From: a virus
Lineage: Duplodnaviria; Caudoviricetes
Strand: one strand, 5' to 3'
DNA length: 64,000 nt
Virus record (IMG/VR): IMGVR_UViG_3300020049_016424
Location: 32,001-96,000 of that record
Below the pieces are notes generated by a model. The model saw only the letters and a program-made list of their open reading frames with translations. It had not been told where the DNA came from and did not search any database. Made by a program: the position numbers and the translations under genes. This document shows positions 57,227 through 64,000 of the stretch, one piece after another. Position 1 is the stretch's first letter. Each line of letters begins with the position of its first letter.

Positions 57227-57438
57227 CGGGCATGCTTCTGAAATCGAAAGTGGATCATCTTTCGAAACAAAAGTGAAGGCTCCGCCTGGTTGCGTAGGGA
57301 GTACTCGGAATAGAACCCCGACAACCCGTGATCGGATAAAACGCGCATTTGCAACCCCCACGCGATTGTGTGCCGGCAATCACAACACGAAAGTCCGGGC
57401 ACACGCTTCCAGGACCCCTCAACGAATGTGTGCATCAT
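57223..57438 (-). CDS. MKH-family small protein
   Basis: MMHTFVEGSW. Confidence 0.7.
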   Translation of the reverse strand: MMHTFVEGSWKRVPGLSCCDCRHTIAWGLQMRVLSDHGLSGFYSEYSLRNQAEPSLLFRKMIHFRFQKHAR

Positions 57439-57647
57439 TACTTCCTCCTGGCTCTGTACCGAATATGGCGTTCTTGGAAAGAGGGTTCTGCTCTATTTCG
57501 AGCGTCATATGTGGGGTAGTACCCCGCGTAGTTGTTGCGGGACTTGACACGATACATGAGCGTCGCCCACACGCTACGGCGCACCTCATGTGCATCTCCA
57601 ATATTGCCTTTACTCCGCCAGGGCCCTCGAATGAATACGTGCATCAT
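57438..57647 (-). CDS. MKH-family small protein
   Basis: MMHVFIRGPW. Confidence 0.7.
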   Translation of the reverse strand: MMHVFIRGPWRSKGNIGDAHEVRRSVWATLMYRVKSRNNYAGYYPTYDARNRAEPSFQERHIRYRARRK

Positions 57648-57856
57648 TGGTATTTTCCCATGCGGTACCGATAGTGCCGGGCAACGAGGGAAGGCTCTGC
57701 GTCCCGACGCGCATTGTACGTAGGGTAGTACCCGCTGCGGCCCTGAAAAGACGGATAGCGCCTCTGAGGGCTGCTCCAGCGCGTGTTCCGCCATGCGGCT
57801 GCCCCGGACGGATATGAAACCTGCGCCCAAGGTCCTTGTAGAAACGTGTGGATCAT
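57644..57856 (-). CDS. MKH-family small protein
   Basis: MIHTFLQGPW. Confidence 0.7.
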   Translation of the reverse strand: MIHTFLQGPWAQVSYPSGAAAWRNTRWSSPQRRYPSFQGRSGYYPTYNARRDAEPSLVARHYRYRMGKYQ

Positions 57857-58044
57857 GGGGTCCTTCGCCTTCGGCGTTCGAGATCTGGTTCTGCGGCCAG
57901 GCGCGCTGCGAGGGTCCTGTAGTACCCGCTGCGGGCCTCCCCGGACCGGAGGCGGTATTGCCGCCCCCACACGGTGAGGCGCCAGTCCACGATCGTGCGA
58001 ACGCCAGGAGAGGACCAACCAGAGCGCAAGAACGTATGAATCAT
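57853..58044 (-). CDS. MKH-family small protein
   Basis: MIHTFLRSGW. Confidence 0.7.
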   Translation of the reverse strand: MIHTFLRSGWSSPGVRTIVDWRLTVWGRQYRLRSGEARSGYYRTLAARLAAEPDLERRRRRTP

Positions 58045-58244
58045 TCCTTGCCTCGGTATATGAACAAACGGGTACGCAAAGAGGGCTCTGCGGTGTTCCG
58101 ATCTATGAGGGTGTGGTAGTACCCGCTGAGGCCTTGAGGAGACGCGTACCGCCGCGCGTAGCCCCGCGCGGTCCAGCGATGTTCGATGCCCCGTAGGACC
58201 GAGTCCGCGCGTCTCCAAGACTCTTTGACAAACGCGTGTTTCAT
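58041..58244 (-). CDS. MKH-family small protein
   Basis: MKHAFVKESW. Confidence 0.7.
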   Translation of the reverse strand: MKHAFVKESWRRADSVLRGIEHRWTARGYARRYASPQGLSGYYHTLIDRNTAEPSLRTRLFIYRGKE

Positions 58245-58510
58245 GGCGCCTTCCCCTTGCGCTGCTTGTACGCAAGCAAACGGCCGAACAGCGCCGAGTT
58301 CACCTGGAGAGGCTGGGTGTGCCATACGACGTCCGGCGCCCCTACCCCGTTCATCTGGATATTGATCGTGATGTAATTATGGATCTGGGCCCCTAGAGAC
58401 ATCGAAGTCTTCCTGTACCCACTCCAGTTACCCGATGTGGGCGCGTGCTTGTGCTCGATGATTCCCAAGAACGGATGCTTCCAAGGCTGCATGATAAACG
58501 CATGTTTCAT
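58241..58510 (-). CDS. MKH-family small protein
   Basis: MKHAFIMQPW. Confidence 0.7.
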   Translation of the reverse strand: MKHAFIMQPWKHPFLGIIEHKHAPTSGNWSGYRKTSMSLGAQIHNYITINIQMNGVGAPDVVWHTQPLQVNSALFGRLLAYKQRKGKAP

Positions 58511-58755
58511 GGTAGCTTCTTTCTGGTGCCGAGGAGGGCTCGCCATTCGCGAGCAGAGATCGAGGATTCGATGGCTAGGGCACGACGCCGCGCCGCAGCG
58601 AAGTCCCACGCCAGCTTCACGGGGGATACTTGGCGTCGCAGGGCTCCGCGAGCCAAAAAGTCTCGACGGGCAGCAATCACCTCCTGGCTTCGTACGTACA
58701 CGGCAGATTCATGCACGAAGAGGACGCTTCGCGGAAAGAGGTGTCTCATCGTCAT
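58507..58755 (-). CDS. MKH-related small protein (MRHLFPR variant)
   Basis: MTMRHLFPR. Confidence 0.65.
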   Translation of the reverse strand: MTMRHLFPRSVLFVHESAVYVRSQEVIAARRDFLARGALRRQVSPVKLAWDFAAARRRALAIESSISAREWRALLGTRKKLP

Positions 58756-58952
58756 CTCCGAATGCGCCAGGAGATATACCGAAGGCGTAAGACGGGCTCG
58801 GCGTTATCCCGAGCTCGGAGGGTCAGGTAATACCCAGACAAGCCTTGGCGGGATGCGTAGCGATTCTCAGTGGAGAAGCGCGTGTCTCGCAATAACCGAA
58901 AACTCGACGCCGTCCCGTTCTTCCACGTCCCTTGTGTGAAGGTGTGCTTCAT
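58752..58952 (-). CDS. MKH-family small protein
   Basis: MKHTFTQGTW. Confidence 0.7.
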   Translation of the reverse strand: MKHTFTQGTWKNGTASSFRLLRDTRFSTENRYASRQGLSGYYLTLRARDNAEPVLRLRYISWRIRR

Positions 58953-59245
58953 CAGGGTCTCCTAGGGCGCTTGCCGAGGACGCCTTGTCGCGCAGCAGCG
59001 TGGGCTGCCGTGTCGGCATTGCGACGCAATACCCACAAGGATATGTGCTTACCGGTATGGTTCCCGTAACGTGTGTGCAGTAGGACTTCGTCTGCGGACC
59101 GCGCGGCGCTGGTCGGGTAGCTGCCTGCGCGACCCTCCCAGGACAGGTAGCGTATCCAGATACGAGGACTGTCCCGCTGGCATCGGGTTTCTTCGTAAGC
59201 CCCCTGGGGGCGAACCCACAGCCCCGTAACGAATGCATGCATCAT
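58952..59245 (-). CDS. MKH-family small protein
   Basis: MMHAFVTGLW. Confidence 0.7.
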   Translation of the reverse strand: MMHAFVTGLWVRPQGAYEETRCQRDSPRIWIRYLSWEGRAGSYPTSAARSADEVLLHTRYGNHTGKHISLWVLRRNADTAAHAAARQGVLGKRPRRP

Positions 59246-59550
59246 ACGGGCCTCTTCCGGGCCGGCCTCTCGCCGAAGACGCCTTGTTGCGCCGCAACGT
59301 GCGCGAGACGGTCTCCCTCGCGCAGCATCCGGCTGAGCTCGGGCTCGCGCCCCGTGTACCGCCAAAACCGCAGATAGAGCGATGGTTCCGCAGCAGTGCG
59401 CGCCTCCGTGTCCACGTAAACGCCAGTTGTTGCCCCGGTGGAGGACAGGTACCGCACGGCATCGCGGGTACGTGGCGGGCGATGCTGTCGGCGTTCTACA
59501 GCAACCCCCCCGAGACGCCGCCAGGGCCCATCGTAGAAGGCATGGATCAT
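59242..59550 (-). CDS. MKH-family small protein
   Basis: MIHAFYDGPW. Confidence 0.7.
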   Translation of the reverse strand: MIHAFYDGPWRRLGGVAVERRQHRPPRTRDAVRYLSSTGATTGVYVDTEARTAAEPSLYLRFWRYTGREPELSRMLREGDRLAHVAAQQGVFGERPARKRPV

Positions 59551-59849
59551 GGTGCTCTCCGTGCGAGGGGTGGGATACCGAGTGCCCCCTCCGCGGCGGC
59601 ACGGACGGCCCTTTCGTGGGCGCGCCACTGCAAGATCGTCAGAGAGACGACGCGGTCAAACCGCTCTGCGTACCGCATGTCTAGCGAGGGCTCTGCGCGC
59701 ATCCAAGCCTCCCACGAAGAATAGCGCCCGCCTCGGCCCCACCAAGAGCGGTACCGAATCCAGCAGTAGGTGTCCCGTTGCCGCAATGCACGGATCTCCC
59801 CGGGGAGGCCTGTGGACACCCAACGCCCTTCCACGAATGCGTGGACCAT
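59547..59849 (-). CDS. MKH-family small protein
   Basis: MVHAFVEGRW. Confidence 0.7.
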   Translation of the reverse strand: MVHAFVEGRWVSTGLPGEIRALRQRDTYCWIRYRSWWGRGGRYSSWEAWMRAEPSLDMRYAERFDRVVSLTILQWRAHERAVRAAAEGALGIPPLARRAP

Positions 59850-60097
59850 CAGCGGGGCCGCCGTGCGCGGTGCGCAGGGATCACGCCGAAGAGTCGGCGC
59901 TGCTCCTCGAGAGGAAGCGTGTGAAGCGCCGCCGCCGCGGCTAGCGTGCGCTTGGTGAGGTATTGCCCGATTTCGTACAAAGGCCGGTTCAGGGCCTTGG
60001 CGTAGCGGGCCAGGCGGGCTCGGACGTGTGCCAGGTGCGCTTCTGCAAACGCCATGCGGGCGCTCGTCGGGGGCTCTCTGGGGAATAGATGTCTCAT
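59849..60097 (-). CDS. MKH-related small protein (MRHLFPR variant), first gene of array 2
   Basis: MRHLFPRE with strong AGGAGGA RBS. Confidence 0.65.
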   Translation of the reverse strand: MRHLFPREPPTSARMAFAEAHLAHVRARLARYAKALNRPLYEIGQYLTKRTLAAAAALHTLPLEEQRRLFGVIPAHRARRPR

Positions 60098-60129
60098 GCG
60101 CAATCCTCCTCTCGTGATAGTCTTCTACC

Positions 60130-61770
60130 GTGCCTCAAGTCCATATTACGGGCTCCCAGTGGGTCCAATCCCATATCTACCTTGGAGGCAAGCCGTTTTC
60201 CCTCGACGACTTCCCGTTCTACACGGACATCTACGATCAGGTGCATCAGGCGATGGTTCTGATGACCTGTCGACAGGTCGCCAAGTCGACGACGATCACG
60301 AATCTCATCACGCAGAACTCGTGCTTGCGGCCGCACTGGCGCAGTCTGTTTGTGGCGCCCACGCAGGAGCAGACAGCGCGTTTCAGCCAGACCCGTCTCA
60401 GCAAGGCACTGCATCTCAGCCCGCGCTTGCAGGGGCGCTGGGTGACGCCCGATCTCTCGAGCCGTGTTTTCCTCAAGATGTTCAAGAACGGCTCCGAAGT
60501 GGCGCTCTCGTACGCCTCTGACGACCCGGACCGTATCCGCGGCATCTCAGCCGACGAGGTTTTCTACGATGAGGTGCAGGACATCGTCTACGACGAGGTC
60601 ATCCCGGTCGTCAACGAGGTGCTCTCACAGAGCGACTACAAGTTCGAGCGCTACTGCGGCACCCCCAAGACGATGGAGGCGTCGCTCGAGAAGCTCTGGC
60701 AGTGGAGCACGCAGACCGAGTGGATGATCCGGTGCCCCGGTTGCAGCAAGTTCTCCGCCCTCATCGACGACAAGTGCATTGGCAAGAACGGCCCGATCTG
60801 TGTCGCGTGCGGCGCCTACCTCGACGTCCGGGCCGGCATCTGGATCGATCACCAGGCCTATGGCCCGAGCCACCAAGGCAAGCAGCTCAAGGGCTACCAC
60901 ATCAGCCAGATGATGCTGCCGAAGAACGTGCCGATCTCGATGCCGGGGGACTCGCGGAGCCAGGAGCTCGCGCAGCGACGTTGGAAGAGCCTCCTCGACA
61001 AGTACGTGACGTACCCGCCGAGCAAGTTCAAGAACGAGGTCATCGGCCGCAGTGACTCGAAGGGCGCGCGGCTGCTCACGCGAGAAGAGCTCGAGGCCTT
61101 CTGCACCGACCGTGTGATCTCGGAGTACCCAGACCCCGGGCACACGTACGACTACCTCGTGGCAGGCGTCGACTGGTCTGGAGGCGGCGGTGAAGGTAAC
61201 TCGCTCACGGCGCTTTGGATCTGGGGCGTACGGCGCGCGGGCGGGCTGCACCGCATCGTCCTCGACACCGTGTACTCCAAGATCTACTCCGAGAACAACC
61301 CCATCTCCGGACAGATCATCGAGGACATCATCACCAAACTGACACACTTCAACGTTGACCTGGTGATTGGTGACGCCGGCGGGGGCGCCCTCGCCAACGA
61401 CTACCTGCAGGAGGCGTTGGGCAGGAACAAGGCTCGGCAGGTGCAGTACCGCCAGACCGCGAATGCCAGCGCCGGACGCCCTCCGTTCTACTGGAACAAG
61501 CTCGACCGGTACATGGCCGAGAAGACGACCATGATCGACCATTTCTTCGTTTACGTGAAGAACGGGGGCGTGCGGTACGCGAACGTGCCGCAGATGAGCG
61601 AAGCGTTCTCGCACATGCTTTCGGTCTACGAGGACCAGTCGAACAACGGGCAAAAGATCTGGAAGCGTACCACTGGCGAGCCCGACGACGCGCTGCACGC
61701 TCAGGTGTTCGGATGGATCGCGGCGAACGTAATCGTGGGTAACGGGATGTTCACCGAGGAGATCGGCTAG
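60130..61770 (+). CDS. terL: Terminase large subunit (lambda GpA-like)
   Basis: Walker A CRQVAKST, Walker B VFYDEVQD, GTP coupling motif, CPGC/CVAC Zn site, nuclease AGVDWSG and PDDALHA. Confidence 0.88.
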   Translation: MPQVHITGSQWVQSHIYLGGKPFSLDDFPFYTDIYDQVHQAMVLMTCRQVAKSTTITNLITQNSCLRPHWRSLFVAPTQEQTARFSQTRLSKALHLSPRLQGRWVTPDLSSRVFLKMFKNGSEVALSYASDDPDRIRGISADEVFYDEVQDIVYDEVIPVVNEVLSQSDYKFERYCGTPKTMEASLEKLWQWSTQTEWMIRCPGCSKFSALIDDKCIGKNGPICVACGAYLDVRAGIWIDHQAYGPSHQGKQLKGYHISQMMLPKNVPISMPGDSRSQELAQRRWKSLLDKYVTYPPSKFKNEVIGRSDSKGARLLTREELEAFCTDRVISEYPDPGHTYDYLVAGVDWSGGGGEGNSLTALWIWGVRRAGGLHRIVLDTVYSKIYSENNPISGQIIEDIITKLTHFNVDLVIGDAGGGALANDYLQEALGRNKARQVQYRQTANASAGRPPFYWNKLDRYMAEKTTMIDHFFVYVKNGGVRYANVPQMSEAFSHMLSVYEDQSNNGQKIWKRTTGEPDDALHAQVFGWIAANVIVGNGMFTEEIG

Positions 61771-62386
61771 TCCGTTTTCCCTGATTACCCGGAGTAGATA
61801 CTGCGGCTGCCAACGGCCATCCTGCGCGCAACCGCCATTTCAATGTAGTGACGCTGATTCCGACATCTCGCGCCCATTCGGTAGCAGGCTTTGTTGTATT
61901 TTCATGCGTGATTTGCAGCACATCTCTGCGGTTTTGCAGGTTCTCTTTTTGCGTAACCCAGCGGCAGTTTTCTTTGCAGTAGTTGCCATTTGTGTCGACC
62001 CGGTCAAGCTGGTATTTTGGAGGGCAGGGGCCCATGTCCGCCAGGAATGTGTGGATGTCGCCCCACTCCGGACACACGCAAATACCACGACCGCCGTAGT
62101 TGGCGTATCCCGTTGCGGCAGGGTTCGTACAGCGCCGATGCATATCTTTCCACTGCTGATATACGCGAGTGTTGCTCTTTCCGTGCACGTACCTGCGCGG
62201 TTTCGTCCGACGAGAACACGCGGAGCACATGTCGTTCCGTTCTAGATTGGATTTGGATTGCAACTTTTCGGTTCCGCATCCGGGACACGCTGCGCGAAAC
62301 AGCGCTACGCCTCGTAGTGTGCGGTGTCCGGAGAAAACAGGATTTATCCAAGCTGTGGCAAAGGGCTCGGCCGTATTATTGCGCAT
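61751..62386 (-). CDS. HNH homing-endonuclease-like protein
   Basis: WKDMHRRC, NYGGRGICVCPEW, LDRVDTNGNYCKENCRWVT, C-terminal HTH; lower GC. Confidence 0.85.
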   Translation of the reverse strand: MRNNTAEPFATAWINPVFSGHRTLRGVALFRAACPGCGTEKLQSKSNLERNDMCSACSRRTKPRRYVHGKSNTRVYQQWKDMHRRCTNPAATGYANYGGRGICVCPEWGDIHTFLADMGPCPPKYQLDRVDTNGNYCKENCRWVTQKENLQNRRDVLQITHENTTKPATEWARDVGISVTTLKWRLRAGWPLAAAVSTPGNQGKRTSRSPR

Positions 62387-62454
62387 AGTTATTACCTCCT
62401 AGGGTCTTTGAAGACGTGCTTCATGCGCGCCGAGCCCGCAGTACAGGGCATCCC

Positions 62455-62781
62455 TTAGGCACTTCGCGGGCACCAGGCATGGCGTGCCTCCCGGAGCTCG
62501 TCGCGGCGCTCAGACACCACCTCCAACAGTTCACCACCAAACACTGCGCCGGAGTACGGCACACCGGCGGATGCAAACGCTGTTGGGCGCAGAAAACGGC
62601 CGGAGGTAGTGCTCGGACTCTGCGCAAACTCCGCGTGCTCTATCGCGAGATCAAGGCAGGTGCGTCCGAACGTGTCGTATACCCAGCCCCGAGTTTCGAC
62701 GTAGTCCGTGTGGAGCACAGAACGAAGCTGGACATGGGGCGACGTACTGATCCGCCATGCAGTTACGAAAGCGTGCTTCAT
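62455..62781 (-). CDS. MKH-family small protein
   Basis: MKHAFVTAW. Confidence 0.7.
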   Translation of the reverse strand: MKHAFVTAWRISTSPHVQLRSVLHTDYVETRGWVYDTFGRTCLDLAIEHAEFAQSPSTTSGRFLRPTAFASAGVPYSGAVFGGELLEVVSERRDELREARHAWCPRSA

Positions 62782-62784
62782 TTT

Positions 62785-63093
62785 CTAGCCTCGCTCTTTT
62801 CGGTGGGCCAAGCGCCAGTGCACAGGAAAGACCCGCTTGCCTCCAAAGCAAGTCCCATGGATCTCAGGAGCGGCCAGGGAGTACGCGGAAGCGCTGGGCT
62901 TGTGTCGTCCCCGAGAGATCCACCGCAGGGGCGTGCCCAAGAGGCAGTTGTAGCGCGTGTGCAGTTCCGGACGGCCATGTACATCCCATTGCCACTCTCG
63001 GAGCTCTACGCGCCCATTACGCAGCCCCATGAGGCGCAGCTCCCCGGTGGAGGTTTTCACACGGCGCCAGGGGCCTATAAAGACATGCTTCAT
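62785..63093 (-). CDS. MKH-family small protein
   Basis: MKHVFIGPW. Confidence 0.7.
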   Translation of the reverse strand: MKHVFIGPWRRVKTSTGELRLMGLRNGRVELREWQWDVHGRPELHTRYNCLLGTPLRWISRGRHKPSASAYSLAAPEIHGTCFGGKRVFPVHWRLAHRKERG

Positions 63094-63416
63094 CGGACCG
63101 GTTGCGGTAGCGCTGCGCGCCGGCGTTGCAACTTCTCCCTAGGTGTCTGGTGCCCTACGCCGTCGAACTCCAGCCCTGGAGGGGCACTTCTGTGCGCGAA
63201 TGCGGCGGGCCGTATTGCGTGCCCTGCGAGCCGTGCCCGCGTGTGGGCCGTCACGTACTGGCCTAAACGAAGGGAGGCTCGTCCGAACTCGTCGTACCCC
63301 CAGTACCGCGTTTCCGCGACACCTGCGTGCTTGCGACCCGGGGGTGTGTTGCAGAGTCGATTCTCTGTATGCGTGAGCAGCCCCCGCCCCCAAGCCTGTA
63401 CAAATGCGTGTTTCAT
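63090..63416 (-). CDS. MKH-family small protein
   Basis: MKHAFVQAW. Confidence 0.7.
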   Translation of the reverse strand: MKHAFVQAWGRGLLTHTENRLCNTPPGRKHAGVAETRYWGYDEFGRASLRLGQYVTAHTRARLAGHAIRPAAFAHRSAPPGLEFDGVGHQTPREKLQRRRAALPQPVR

Positions 63417-63736
63417 GGAGAGTCCTCCTTGAAGGCCGCGCGGCGCAGAAGCTGCGTTGTCTTGGGTGGCGTGCAGGATATTCCGCCAAAGTCCATCCCG
63501 TATTTAGGCACCCCGGGTTTTGCGTAACTGGCTTTGCGCTTCGCGCGCCCAGGGCTGGAAAACGCGCATCCCGTGAAAAGCCAGTGGGTGATCAGTTCGG
63601 CCCGCCCAAAGACATCCCACTCCCAGTACCGTACTTCACCAAGAGGAGGGTTGACGGACCCCCTTCCAAGTAACACTCGGATCTCGTCGGCGGGGCTGGC
63701 GCCGCGCCGCCACGGCCCCACGAAGGCGTGTTTCAC
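63413..63736 (-). CDS. MKH-family small protein
   Basis: GTG start, KHAFVGPW. Confidence 0.7.
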   Translation of the reverse strand: MKHAFVGPWRRGASPADEIRVLLGRGSVNPPLGEVRYWEWDVFGRAELITHWLFTGCAFSSPGRAKRKASYAKPGVPKYGMDFGGISCTPPKTTQLLRRAAFKEDSP

Positions 63737-64000
63737 TTCTCACCTCGCCGGAGTTTGTGGCTGCTGAGCCGCACAGTAAGCGGCGGAAGATAGCAATGTC
63801 CAAAGATGGACCCTGCGGGGGACGGACCACTTGCAGTATAGGATGAGCCGGGACGGGTCGGCACCGCAGGGCCCCCGGTGTGTCGCACGGAAGTTTCTTC
63901 AAAACGGAGCTGTTGACGTCCGAACATATCAAAGCACCATATTCGGGATTCTCGCCGTGCGTGCGTGTGCACAAAAAACCGCTCTTGTTCTACGCTCAAG
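63733..64000 (-). CDS. MKH-family small protein (start outside window)
   Basis: WCFDMFGRQQL matches the array-3 motif; GTGA overlap with the next unit. Confidence 0.6.
   Translation of the reverse strand, partial: LSVEQERFFVHTHARRESRIWCFDMFGRQQLRFEETSVRHTGGPAVPTRPGSSYTASGPSPAGSIFGHCYLPPLTVRLSSHKLRRGEK

Larger units (their letters stand above)
52357..60097 (-). repeat. MKH small-ORF array 2 (34 coupled paralogous genes)
   Basis: Same start motif and overlaps; many share RY-S-xx-G-x-[SA]GYY...AEP-x-L. Confidence 0.9.
62392..64000 (-). repeat. MKH small-ORF array 3 (continues beyond window)
   Basis: Four complete ~105-aa units, one partial unit and one 10-aa stub; shared W-x-[YWF]-D-xx-GR motif. 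Confidence 0.85.

Noticed and set aside
41249-60097. MKH arrays as integron cassette arrays
   Set aside because: Genes overlap, leaving no room for attC sites, and no tyrosine integrase is in the window.
41249-64000. MKH arrays as CRISPR arrays
   Set aside because: The repeat is only about 15 nt and degenerate at synonymous positions, intervals are 100-330 nt open reading frames, and no cas genes are seen.

Overview
GC-rich segment of a large tailed (contractile-tail type) phage genome. No rRNA, tRNA or CRISPR array was recognised. From 1 to 36.3 kb it is mostly a + strand virion/late region: repeat-rich tail fibres, a baseplate hub with an M23 peptidase, an amidase-like protein, gp25-like and baseplate-J-like wedge proteins, a sigma-70-like factor and spanin-like genes. 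Small - strand cassettes, a RuvC-like resolvase and a histone-like gene are interleaved. The region from 36.4 to 64 kb is dominated by - strand genes: a retron-like reverse transcriptase, a MoxR-type AAA+ ATPase, an HExxH metallopeptidase and a VWA protein. It also holds a GpA-like terminase (+) and an HNH endonuclease. The standout signal is three tandem arrays totalling about 70 small (mostly 55-110 aa), Arg/aromatic-rich ORFs. Nearly all begin M-[K/M/I]-H-[V/A/T/I/L]-F-x(3-4)-W and are chained by overlapping stop/start codons (ATGA/GTGA/TGATG). One 30-gene array sits exactly between the metallopeptidase and VWA halves of a usually single-gene DUF2201-type protein, in an apparent operon that ends in the reverse transcriptase. 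Two promoter-like classes are visible: a TAnnnT box 6-7 nt before + strand start codons (leaderless) and GGTAAAAG upstream of - strand cassettes. All assignments come from visual motif recognition; no database searches were run.
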